Assembly (NCBI GenBank): GCA_951406725.2
Contig: OX597828.1
Coordinates: 61,628,001-61,692,000, forward strand
DNA length: 64,000 nucleotides
Reading direction: 5' to 3'
From: Octopus vulgaris
Lineage: Eukaryota
Of the stretch, positions 26,601-38,745 are shown piece after piece (position 1 is the first letter of the stretch; each line of letters opens with the position of its first letter). Under the pieces are notes generated by a model. The model had not been told where the DNA came from. It saw only the letters and a list, made by a program, of their open reading frames with translations, and ran no database searches. The translations under genes and the position numbers were made by a program.

Positions 26601-27060
26601 CACATACAGACATACAGGACTAAACGTTTTTCCGTATCCCGGTACGTGTTTTTGTGATTGCCTATGTGTATGAAGATGTGCACTCATTTATAAATACATA
26701 TACACACAATATGTGTGTGTGTGTGTGCGTGTGTGTGTGTGTGTGTGTGTCTTTTTTGGAAGACACATTTTGCCAAGAAGGAAGCCATGCACTTGTTATA
26801 TTTGACTTCTTTACAACTTGTTATATAATGAACCAACTAATTAATCATACAATTGATCAATCAACCGTTTTTTTTTTCTTTTTTGAACGCTCTTCCACCA
26901 CTATTCGCAAATTCACGACCCGATCAATGACGTTGAAAATAGGACACAGTTGGAGTAAATAAGACTTATCGTTCATGATTACTAGAACGATTACACAAAC
27001 AATTGATTAGTTAATTGGTTACTTAGATTAGTTAACTAGCTGACTAATGATAATATACAG

Positions 27061-27196
27061 AAATAAAACAGAATTTGTGTTTTCCTTACTAGGAAAATGA
27101 CCCTCCCAAGATACAACATCTGTTTCAACGTACAATTCACATATGTGTGTGTGCGTGCGCGCGTGCGTGTGTCTGCCTGTATCTATCTATCTATAA

Positions 27197-27232
<36 letters not shown>

Positions 27233-27398
27233 CTTTATCTCCGACAAAAACATCTTTCCAAGGACAGTTCCTTTTTAACCCTGACGAAGGGACTTGTATG
27301 TCCGGAAATATTGGATACCTATACGACCAAAGATTACCAGGTAACTTACTTTTAGTTTACGTTACCTCATTTTAAAATCTATTTTACATCTTTCAACG

Positions 27399-27435
<37 letters not shown>

Positions 27436-27718
27436 GGATTTGGATAATAAAGCTATTTATTTAGAGATTTAGTTCCTTTCAGGGATTCATCGTGAATGAT
27501 TCCGTATAGAAATATCATACCTAAGAAAACAAGTTCAACAAGTTTTTGTCGGAGATAAAGTAATTATATATATATATATCTAAAGTTTATAGATAGATAG
27601 ATACAGGCAGACACACGCACACGCACACACACACATATGTGAATTGTACGTTGAAACAGATGTTGTATCTAGGGAGGGTCATTTTCCTAGTAAGGAAAAC
27701 ACAAATTCTGCTTTATTT
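27061..27718. repeat. Long inverted repeat (arms 27061-27251 and 27542-27718)
   Basis: Arms are reverse complements apart from a few substitutions and microsatellite length differences. Confidence 0.93.
27276..27317 (+). ncRNA. Minimal type-I hammerhead ribozyme motif
   Basis: taacc-CTGACGA-ag ggac ttgtat gtcc g-GAAA-ta-TT-ggata, inside a (TA)n-bounded ~170-bp cassette. Confidence 0.65.
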
Positions 27719-27916
27719 TTTCAACTGACGCACATGTATGTAAAACGTATGAATTTTCTGCAACAACTCTTTCACGTTGAATCCCTGAAAGAGGTGAAAG
27801 CGCAAGATAAATGATTTTTATTCAAATCCTGATTACCTGTTTTTCCTTAATATATATAATCAGTACACCTCTTCAAATAATCTATACACACATAGATACT
27901 TAACTACCTACTTACC

Positions 27917-28074
<158 letters not shown>

Positions 28075-28571
28075 TGCATGTAAGTATTTGCACATCTTCA
28101 TCTGAAGAGTCTGGAAATAGTTCTTTTTGAGAGGAAGCATCTACCAAACTGTCACTTAAACATAGCATATCCAAAACATACCCCTACACTTGCCAAACAG
28201 TTTAATCGTTCATTCTTTTTGAGGATATGCACTGAACACTCCAGTGTGTGCCGTTTCAGAGAAAGTTAATCCCTCTAATACAGCAAACTATAGTATTATC
28301 GCATTATGGAATTATGTGCTTTATTTATTTCTTTTCATTTGTCTAGCTCGTAAACATCTAGCGTCCTGCTAATTTGAAAACACAGATTTTGTGGTAAGAT
28401 AGTTTGACGTCTACTTTTAGCATACAAGGGATCCACATAGTGGTCTCTCCTATTGTTTATATTCATATAGTATTATCGCTTTCATTTCTAATATCCTCAA
28501 GGCTTGTTGATGACTTGAGGCTGAAGCCATCAACAATAACGTTCTCCAACACCTTGGATTTCTTTATCTTG

Positions 28572-30356
28572 TTTCCACATCTGATATTACTTAGTTTCAG
28601 ACGTAAGAACAAAATCTGATAAAGACCACAATAGCAGTCACAAACTGAAGAATAATAGGAACAAAAATATAAGACACTCTCTGAAGATGGTGAAGTTTTG
28701 AAAACCATGCACTGGCCTCTAAGTGGCTACTAATATAATCCTGTTAAGTTGTTTAGTCTCCGATCTCCAGATGGGTCGAAATTGGAACGTGATTGCAAGC
28801 AGGATCGACATTTTCATTCAGAAATAGTTTTTGAGGAAACTATTCTTGAAAAGGGATTGAGGTTGATAATTCATTAGTTGCTTCCGCTACCCATTAAATT
28901 TTGACCGTCATTTCACTCGTCTAATCAGGTTGGAGCGTCTGCTCTTTCGCGTGTGAAAGGAAAACGTTCCACTAATCATGCGGTCCATTAACTGTTTATA
29001 TACTCTGGAGAGTAGGCTCGGAATGCCGTGCCTTCTTATGCGCTGATGCACAGATGTGCTGAGGCTGTAGCAACTACGGAGAGGAAGATATGATTCTCCT
29101 TTTCGACAATTTATTTCCCATAAAGGGCAGTAATATTGGTTCAAGTGAAGACCATGACTGGGTGCCTGGCCTCTGGAATGTTACAGAACGCTCACACCCT
29201 CCTACCACCCGTGTGAATGTGGTCAGCAGAACTTCCATGTCAGCGTTCTATAGGGGACCTGTGGTGGTTAGGAACGACAACATTTTCTGGGAAACCCTAG
29301 GCGTCAACGAGAATCAGCCGGCTGTTCGTTTCCAAATAACTTTCGACCTAGAAACTGCCAGAAATCCCCATCCTCTTAGCGCTTCACGTTGACATTGATG
29401 GTTCGAGACAAACGCAACTGGTATAGGAGTGTCATTAGCATGGTTTATCCGAAGAGCAAGAAAACTGTTTTGTACGTATTCGTTTACAGTTCGAGCATAA
29501 GTTTTGGAGTTTTGTCGAACAGTGGTTGTAGTGAGTGGAACAAATCTGTCTATCAATGGAGTCAAGCGGATAAATCATTCTGCCACTTAAATTTATTCGA
29601 GAAGTGAAAGCACTTTTCTTCTGTCCGATGTCTATGGAGAAAAGGGTTGTCTAATGATCAAGATTAAAAGAATTGAAAACAAGCAGTTTCCACTTGGACA
29701 GGAAAATGAGGGTAGAGAGGGATGTGCTGCCCTTCTGTAAATTGTTTACAAAGTAAGTGACTGTAGCATTATATATAATACATTTGAACGGGCCTATTGT
29801 GAGGAAGTGGTTGTCCGGGGAATGAAATGATGGTCAAAGCCATCGAGATTGTATGGGGTTGCCTTTGGCTGACTCTAAATAGCTATCCCAGCTATTGAGG
29901 AATTTTGTTGTTGCCTGTTATCACTTTTTAAATGTTACACACAAACCACTAATCATGTTTTGTATTTAATCCTTTATATATGTGCATTTGTGTGTATGCA
30001 TAAGTGAGTGTACACACACATACATATGTAACATATGTATGTATGCACAATTATATGTATGTATGTACGTACGTATGCTTGTGTGTCAGAGCAAGTGTCG
30101 TGTCTGCGCGCGCGTATGTATGTACGTGTGCGCGTGTGTGCATGTGTGTGTGTGTGTGTGCATGTGTGTGTGTGTGTGTGTGTGTGTGTGAACGTGTGTT
30201 AAACAATCGACGTTCTTTTATCTGAAGGATGTTTTCAACACCTAATGATAACCATATATTATTAGAATATTAGAGCGGCAACAATTTATTCAATTTATCG
30301 AACACAAAATAGGGAGGTGGGAATTCCTACATTACTAACTATATAAAAAACACTTT

Positions 30357-30398
<42 letters not shown>

Positions 30399-31035
30399 CT
30401 GTATATCTTTTGCCACCATAAGGAGTGAGGTTTTTCTCAGAATGTGAACACTTCCATAATGCGTAATAAGATCGTGGTCTTGAAATCAGAAGAACGAGTA
30501 GCAATGAATTAAATACTTCACAGTATTTAACAATTGTTTTTTCTTTGTTTAACTTAAGTTTGTTATTTAAGATTTAACGTGACAGATTATTTTTTTTATG
30601 ATATTTTTAGGGAGCAAAATAAAGATTCAGTGAAACCAATTAAATCCTCGTTTATGCCCTACATGATACAATCCTGGAAGTAAATTAAGAATATTAATGA
30701 CAACATTACATCAAGGATATCCATTAATATGTGTTTATATTTCTCTTTCATTTTTATGATTTTTGTTTAGCGCAAATTCTGAGAAAATAAGCTTACCCCA
30801 TTTAAGACATCATCTCAGCACGTCAGTGATAAAAACAAATCACAATAACAACAATAACAACAATCATAACAACTACAACGCGTAAATCATTTCCACATTT
30901 GATATTACTTAGTTTCAGACGTAAGAACAAAATCTGATAAAGACAACAATAGCAGTCACAAACTGAAGAATAATAGGAACAAAAATATAAGACACTCTCT
31001 GAAGATGGTGAAATTTTGAAAACTATGCAGTGGCC
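28572..31035 (+). repeat. 146-bp direct repeat pair (28572-28717 and 30890-31035)
   Basis: tttccacat.tgatattacttagtttcagacgtaagaac...tggcc, with 5 substitutions counted by eye. Confidence 0.93.
29560..29900 (+). mobile_element. Highly decayed PLE reverse transcriptase N-terminal relic
   Basis: ggtcaaagccatcgagattgtatggggttgcct reads SKPSRLYG(LP), similar to the PLE GSxPxRLYGLPK motif. May extend left to ~28750. Confidence 0.4.
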
Positions 31036-31459
31036 CCTTTAGAGGAAAGTCAAACAAGATGTATTAAGAATGTAAGAGAGAAGAAATAATACTGTGAGAT
31101 TGACATTTCCTTCTTACACAAGCGTTTAATCTGTACAAATAGAACGCTGATAGTGTGTGTATGCCTTTGGATGTGATAGCGACGATGGTTTTCTTAAAGA
31201 TTCCTATGACAAGCAAAGTAGAGGGGGGAGGAGAAACGGAGATAGAGCAGGAGAAGAGAGTAGATAAAAAAAAAATAGAGTAGGAAGCAAAAGAAAGCGA
31301 AGCGAGGAGAACTGGAATCTGCTAATAAGTTAATCCATTATCTTATGTTCAAGTGTTCTATAATGTTGAAAGATAAATCAATTCAATTATTCTTATGTTC
31401 TTTTCTTTTGTTCTTAGTACAAAATGTAAGAAATGATTATGGTCATATGAACACAATCA

Positions 31460-31650
31460 TTAGAGCGTCGATAAAATACTTGTAGTAGCTTATCAAGCAC
31501 TTGTATTCTGAGTTCAAATCTCGCCGAAGTTCCGTGGTCAACTTTGCCTTCCATCCTTAAGGAGTCGATAAAATATGTATAAGCCAAGTACTAGGAGCGA
31601 CGTAATGGACTACCTTTTTCCTCAAATTACTGAAGCCAAAAATTTGAAAC
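31460..31650 (+). mobile_element. Degenerate family A SINE
   Basis: ctgagttcaaatctcgccg...actttgccttccatcctt...gtcgataaaa...aaaatttgaaacc. Confidence 0.7.
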
Positions 31651-32034
31651 CCTTTATTATTTTCTTGTTCTTTGGTAGTTGTATGCGAGTATCTACTGCA
31701 CTATGTGGTATACATATATACATCGAGACTTTCAGAGTATTGGCCGTGATATAGTCTCTCTCTTTCCATTCCTTCTTGAATATGTTTTACAATTTTCTTT
31801 CTATGTTTTTAAACGTCTATTTTCGTCTGACCATCCGTGTTGCATTATCTAAATCTATTATCGTGTAGTCTGGTTCTGCTTTGTGTTTTATCGCATCCTC
31901 ATGTATGGAGAAGAGTTTCTAGTTTTGTGTAGGGTCCTGTATCAAACTGTTTTGAAAATGAATAATACATGTAACTCCTAATAAAGGTGTCGAGTGATTC
32001 TTTCTTTCGTTCTACTACTCATATGTGTGTGCTA

Positions 32035-32090
<56 letters not shown>

Positions 32091-32094
32091 TAGT

Positions 32095-34430
32095 TCAAAT
32101 TTACATAAAACCAAAAGGTGATGACAGGTGTAGGAACAACAGGCAAGTGTATTAGTTTGACGCTCGGGACAGATGGAAAAGTCTTTTGCGTTTCAAGCCT
32201 ACCATCTTCGACAGAAAGGAATAAGAGGAAAGACATAGAGAGAGAATGAAAAAAAAAACGGAGAGAGAATAATCGTATAGAGTTCGGCCGTCCAACATGG
32301 CGACTGATTAGAAAAAAAAGAGGTTGAATGAAACGGAGACAACAATGGTGATTCCAACAACCTAAGGTGCGCAAGCGTGTGTGTGTATGTGAGAATGGTG
32401 TGTGTGTGTGTGTGTAAGTTTGTATGTGTGAATGGGGGCGAGTGAGTCTGACGCGCGCGTGTGTGTGTAATGTGTGTGTTGTATGTAGCAGTTGATGAGT
32501 GCTTTTTCACGTGGCGTGGGCACATGTATCTGTGTCTGTCTGCCTGTGACCAAATAGTGAGCGTGTGTGTGTATACATAGTCTGGGTTCAGGTATTAAGT
32601 GCTTATGTAGATGTAGGAGCATATATTGTCTGTGTCTAGGTATTATGTGCTTGTGGGGGGAGTGTGCATGTGGTGAGTGTACTGAGTTCAACAGTGCGTG
32701 TGGTTGCTCTTATAGTGTTATGTGTGGTAAGGCTATTGAAAATTGTGTGTGGGTGTGGATGATGGTGTGGTTGCTGGGAAGTGGTCGGTGCTAGTGTGTG
32801 TGGAGTGGGAAGGTGTGGGTGCGTGTGTATAATGGTGTGTGAAGTGAGTGATGAGTTGGACAGTGTGTATGGGGTACCGAGATGTGCAGTATGCAGGTGT
32901 GTAGGTGGAATGAGCAGTAGAAAGTGGGAGGTGAGTGGGAATCCATGTGGGATTGGTGTCAAATGAAGAGAGGGAGTGAGTTGAACCCATGTGACGCAAA
33001 GGAACGAAGAAAGAAGATTAATTCATGTTCACGGCAATGGTGAGAATTTGGATGACCTCTGTGCAGGGACAGTCCGAACATCGACAGATATTGTAGCGAA
33101 TGACCTGTAGAGCGGGAACAACGCGAGACCGGGGTGTCATTTCCGAGTCTGGTGTCTCGGAGGTGCTCCGCGAATCTGTCAGCCAAGCGGCGTCACGTTT
33201 GACCAATGTACAGGGAAGGACAGAAAGAACGGGAGATGCAGTAAATAATAATACTAGAGGTCCAGGTAAAGGAGTCGGGGACGTGATAAGGAAGGATGCC
33301 TGTGCGGATGGTGTTGTTGGCAAGATAGGGGCAGGTGTGACAGCGTAAGCGGGAGCTGAGGAAGGAGCCAGGATGGGAGGCGGGAATAGGAAAGAAACTG
33401 TGGACCAGGGGTCACACAGATTATGGGCTCATTTGAAGGAGGGAAGGGGTAGGTTAGGGATGTGCGAGGTGAAGGCGTTGGAGTGGAGTCGCCGGAAGGC
33501 TAGGATAATGCTGCGTTGGAAGGGTAGGTTGGAGGGTGGTATGTGAGAAGAAACGGGAGACAGGTAAGGGTGGGGCGGGTGAGAGGAAAAAGAGCAGAGG
33601 CACGGTCCGCAGTTCGTACCCAGGCAAGATGAAGTGGCGTGCCATGAGTTGAGACTGGGTTTCAAAGTCATTGTCGTCAGTGCAAAGCCTGCGAGACGGA
33701 GGAATCGGGAGTAGAGAATGGAGAGCTTGATGTAGGTAGGGTGAGCGGAAGAGAAGTTAAGATAGGAGTATGAGTCAGTGTGTTTGTAGTGGATGGAGGT
33801 AGTGAGAGCGGAGTGATGTATGCTGACAGAAATGTTGAGAAATTCGACAGAAATTTTGAGATAGTACAAGCGAATTCGAGGGCAGGAAGGAAAGATTGGA
33901 GAAAGGAGAGGAATTCGCGGGAGAGTGAGGTCGCACCGATACAGTCGTCGATATAACGACCATATAGTAAATTGTGAGAATATTTGTGCCACAACTTATC
34001 CAAAGAACAAGTTCGCATAGTTGGGGCCCATTCTAGTTTCCATGACCACCCAGGAGATTTGTTGGTAAAGCTCCCTCGCGAACGAGAAGCACGTCGGCCA
34101 GACGAAGAAGTGTGGAGGTATCGGGTGGAGGGTCAGGCCGAAGGTCTAGGAAGTATTTAAGCGCAAGAAGTCCTTCGTTGTTTGGGGTCACCGTATATAA
34201 AGATTTGATATGAAGATTGAACAGAAGTTGAGAGGGGTCAGAAGGGAAGGAGTAAGAGTTAAACAGATGGAGAGAATGGTTGGTATCGTGGACGTGGGAG
34301 AGAGACGGGAGGAGGGAATGAGGTCATGAATAGTGGTGGACACAGTCTGTTGGTAGTTACGCGTGGGGTTGGAGGGCAGAGGGCAAGAGAAGGAGGTGAC
34401 TTGAAGTTGGCGGAGGGCTTCAGCCTTATT
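32095..34430 (-). mobile_element. Decayed Penelope-like retroelement (RT + GIY-YIG, Neptune-like) with 3' UTR ending in (TA)n
   Basis: Peptides VMETRMGPNYANLF, YGRYIDDCIG, TSIHYKHTDSYSYLNFSSAHP, linker RCHTCPY, IIYCIS..CPSLYIGQT and RLADRFAEHLRD. Confidence 0.92.
32184..32217 (-). ncRNA. Hammerhead-like motif with variant core in a PLE 3' UTR
   Basis: Minus strand: ttt-CTGTCGA-agatggtaggctt-GAAA-cg-CA-aaa. Same position and architecture as 24019 and 24293. Confidence 0.45.
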
Positions 34431-34510
34431 GATGTCACTAAAGTGACAGAGGGTACAAAGTGGTACCAACATTGCTAAAAATAATAGTCAAAACGATTCA
34501 TTATATATAT

Positions 34511-34713
34511 ATTTATTGAGCGAAAACACCTAAAGCTCCACGAGGCTCCGGCAGGGGATGGTGGCGACCCCTGTTGTACTCTTTCGCGACAACTTTCTCC
34601 CACTCTTTCTTCCTGTTTCTTGAGTAACACTGCGATGGACTGACGTCCCGTCCAGCTGGGGGGAACACATACGCCACAGAAACCGGGAAACCGGGCCCAT
34701 GAGCCTGGCTAGG
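34511..34713 (+). mobile_element. 5'-truncated family C SINE variant with a different 3' part
   Basis: tttattgagcgaaaacacctaaagctccacgaggctccggcagggg matches 36152-36198, then diverges. Confidence 0.75.
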
Positions 34714-34767
34714 CGCATAATTAAAATAAATATTATGATATATATATCTTCTGTCTTTCATTTGTTA

Positions 34768-34820
<53 letters not shown>

Positions 34821-34886
34821 ATATATATGTGTGTGTGTGTGCGTGTGTGTATGTATGTATATGTATATATATTAGTATATGTATTA

Positions 34887-34957
<71 letters not shown>

Positions 34958-35334
34958 ATGTGCGTGTGTGTGTGTATGTATGTACACACATGTGTGTGTG
35001 TGCGCGCGCGTTATGAATTGGCTGAGACATAGTGATAGTAATAATTTGTTGTTATAGCACAATATGCATATGCTTTAGATTAAAGCGTTAAGCTTTACAG
35101 AATGTAATATTAATTAATGAGTGACGAGAAAAAAGCTGTCACGTTATCACCTTCGTTAGCTTAAAGCAGCCTAAAGCTATTTCTGGTATATGAAGCAGCA
35201 CTCAGATCTGAGTACCTGCGAAACATCTTATAACTTCTTTGGGGCCCTTGAAATATGTGTATGATGATTTTGGAAAGCGTTTAAATACATAGAGCTGGTT
35301 ATATGCAATTTATATAAATATTCTAATAGAAATA

Positions 35335-35545
35335 TTGGGCACCGCTTTGAAGAATTTTAGTCGAATGGATCGACTCCAGTACTCTTTTTAAAGATTGGTA
35401 TTTATTCTATCGGTCATTTTTGCCGAACCACTAGTTACGCGGATGTAAACACATCAACACCGATTGCTAAATACACACATACACATAGACGACGGGCTCC
35501 TTTCCGTCTCCATCTACCAAATCCAATTACAAAGATCCCTGGCCA
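35335..35545 (-). mobile_element. Degenerate family B SINE
   Basis: gcaccgcttt...ttattctatcggtc..tttgccgaacc..agttac..gtaaacac matches 24638-24750. Confidence 0.7.
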
Positions 35546-35651
35546 ATAACTGATGAGGAGTTGGTGACGTTCTGTTTTCTGTCCGCCTCTGTATTTAGTA
35601 TTGTTCGTTTGTTTATTTAACACACGTTCTTTATTAATTATATGTATATAT

Positions 35652-35960
35652 ATATCACGTGATCACGTGACCGACCAGACCATCAGATGTTGCTACACAT
35701 CGCTGGTCACAATGCGTTCGTATTGTTTTAGCCTTCGAACGACGCCACCCCGCTGGCTAAGCGAGCAGGCCAACAGAAGAAAGAGTGGGAGAAAGAGTGG
35801 TGAAAAAGTACAGCAGGGATCACCAGCCCCTGCCGGAGCCTCGTGGAGCTTTTAGGTGTTTTCGCTCAATAAACACACACAATGCCCGGTCTGGGAATCG
35901 AAACCGCGATCCTCCGACCACGAGTCCGCTGCCCTAACCACTGTGCCATTGTGCCTCCAC
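35652..35960 (-). mobile_element. tRNA-derived SINE (family C), full length
   Basis: Head gtggaggcacaatggcacagtggttagggcagcggactcgtggtcggaggatcgcggtttcgattcccagacc with A and B boxes. Tail ends gtcacgtgatcacgtga at (TA)n. Confidence 0.88.
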
Positions 35961-36064
<104 letters not shown>

Positions 36065-36065
36065 G

Positions 36066-36233
36066 TGGAGGCACAATGGCACAGTGGTTAGGGCAGCGGA
36101 CTCGTGGTCGGAGGATCGCGGTTTCGATTCCCAGACCGGGCGTTGTGTGTGTTTATTGAGCGAAAACACCTAAAAGCTCCACGAGGCTCCGGCAGGGGCT
36201 GGTGATCCCTACTGTACTTTTTCACCACTCTTT
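36066..36233 (+). mobile_element. Inverted partial duplicate of the adjacent family C SINE
   Basis: Reverse complement of 35792-35960 with 2 differences seen. Confidence 0.9.
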
Positions 36234-36346
36234 ATATATATATATATATATATAGGTATGTAAAATATTCTGCTTGTTGTCTTCTCTTTATTTAATCCTG
36301 AAAAAATATACATACATACATACGTTTATATATATATATATATATA

Positions 36347-36643
36347 TCACCGTGATCACCGTGACCGATCAGACTACCAGGTGTTACTACACATCGCTGG
36401 TCATAATGCGCTTCGCATTGTTTTACCCTTCAAATGACGCCACCCCGCTGGCTAAGCGAGCAGGCCAACAGAAGAGTGAAAGTTGCGGCGAAACATTATG
36501 GCAGGGATCGCCACCCCCCACTGACGGAGTTTCGTGGAGCTTTAGGTATTTTCGCTCAATAAACACTCACAACGCCCCGGTCTGGGAATCGAAAACACGA
36601 TCCTACGACCGCTGCCCTAACCACTGGGCCATTGCGCCTCCAC
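36347..36643 (-). mobile_element. Family C SINE, more diverged copy
   Basis: Colinear with 35652-35960 and bounded by (TA)n. Confidence 0.88.
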
Positions 36644-36650
36644 ATGTGTA

Positions 36651-36759
<109 letters not shown>

Positions 36760-37004
36760 CAACAATGCATTGTCTAAAGATGAATAGGGTAAATGTTTTT
36801 TAATTTTCCTTTAATTTCTGAATTACTACTACTTGGCGGTTTGAGTCCTGGCTGCTCTTTCTAGTGGGTCGAATGGCCTATTGAGGCCGTTCCTCAATTG
36901 TTGTTGAATTTATATATATAGTCTCTGACTATTTTCTGTTTCTCACTAGACCGCTGGTAGCGAAAAAATTTCTATTGAATATTTTGCTACCCTATATTGA
37001 TTAA

Positions 37005-37071
<67 letters not shown>

Positions 37072-37202
37072 TATATTAAATTAGAGACAAAACCACTATT
37101 AGGCAAATCATACAATGAAAAACTTAAGCCAATACATAAGATTATTTAATTTATATTATTTAAATATATAACAAAATTATTAAAAAAATATAATTAATAT
37201 AT

Positions 37203-37266
37203 CACTACGATCGTTTCATGGCTGTTAATTTCTTTAAATCTTCAAGTCACAGTCATTCATCAGGTG
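37203..37266 (-). ncRNA. Minimal type-I hammerhead ribozyme motif
   Basis: Minus strand: cac-CTGATGA-atgactgt[AT-rich loop]acagccat-GAAA-cgatcg-TA-gtg. Intact core and palindromic stem III, in a ~230-bp cassette between (TA)n tracts. Confidence 0.85.
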
Positions 37267-37301
37267 GTTTAAATATTTATCTTGGCGAGGTTTAAACAAT
37301 G

Positions 37302-37340
<39 letters not shown>

Positions 37341-37344
<4 letters not shown>

Positions 37345-37455
37345 ATGCTGAGTAATCTTCAGCTAAATTTTATATAGGTTTTCCAATAATATAAAGTTAT
37401 TGGAAATATTATTGGAAAACCTATATAAATTGGCTGAAGATTACTCAGCATCTTA
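37341..37455. repeat. Palindrome with ~50-bp arms
   Basis: taagatgctgagtaatcttcagc...tatataggttttccaataatat / atattattggaaaacctatata...gctgaagattactcagcatctta. Confidence 0.9.
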
Positions 37456-38049
37456 AATCTGCTGTAATATTTACAGCTTTTAACAAAATGTTGTAGTATG
37501 AAACAAATGAACTAAATTACCGGATTCACTCTTGTTGCTTATTTTTTTATTATAATCACCCCGCATATTTTTATGGGTAACACCATACAAAATTCTGGTG
37601 CATCTAAATTAAGTACCATATTCATTTGAATCTAAATTGTTGCTGAACTTATATATATATATATATGTCTTTTACTTGTTGCAGTCACAGAAATTTGAAA
37701 CCGGTATGTATTGTATATGTATTATTTTTCTAACCGGGAGAACATTGACGAAAGTTTCTTTGCAGACCTTTCGAGGCTGGTGAGATTGATGTAGCTGATG
37801 TTGTCTGATTTCTAGTCTAAAGTCAGTATGAAAAATATGGGTCTGGTCTGAATGCTTGCATTGTGTGTAAGTGTGAATTATATGAAGTCAATTCCTTTTG
37901 AAGTGTAATTGAATTATTCCAAAGTACATCATTACAATCAAATTATTGTAAATTTATACATACATAAATACATACATAATACATACATTCATTCATACAT
38001 ACATACACACATACATACATAACCTCCCATACAACTACAAAACAGCCGG

Positions 38050-38745
38050 ACTAATATACCTCAAAGAAGCCCTGGATGTGAAATGCTCAAGTTCCAAAAA
38101 CTGACTATGCATGATTATGTTTCCCGAAGACAGTAATATTGACATGAAGTGAAACCCTTGGAGGACCAAGATGCGTCCGAAAATGTCGATTATGTCACAT
38201 TACTGTAAAAGGCATCACACATGATTAGCGGCTGCTCGAAAATGTCATCAAGGTACTACCTCCCTATGCGGCATGATGTCGCAAAACAATATATAATACT
38301 GTGCGGAAAAAAATACTGTCCTGAGATAAATATAGAGAAGCCCTTGTTATCGAGTGCATACACAAACATCAGCACGAAGAAAATGTGTGGAACATTCCTA
38401 TCAAAACATCTGTCCTGTGTAAACATAACAGGCCAGATATTGTTGCTTGAGACAAACAGTATGTACCCTGATAGAGATCAGTTGTGCTGCTGATGTGAAT
38501 ATATCTTTGAATAGCAAAGCGAAAGAGGATAACTATGGACAATCGTTTCGAAACTTCAAGCGTCTATAACCAGATTTTAAGTTCACATTTATACCAATAA
38601 TAATTTACCCTTTTGAGTAAATGCCTAAGTGACATTTTGGATAAACTTTTCAGAAAAAGGATTCAGCCAACTAACTCGCATATTACAAACATAAATTGTG
38701 AGTGGAACAGTAACAATATGCAAGATTTTTAAAGTTTAAAATGTG
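38050..38745 (+). mobile_element. Decayed 3' part of an R4-type RLE LINE
   Basis: Peptides HMISGCSKMSSRYYLPMRHDVAK, CKHNRPDIVA, CTLIEISCAADVNI and FTFIPII across broken frames. Confidence 0.8.

Noticed and set aside
28681-28710. CTGAAGA...GAAA inside the 146-bp direct repeat
   Set aside because: No stem II between the core and GAAA, and no stem I/III pairing.
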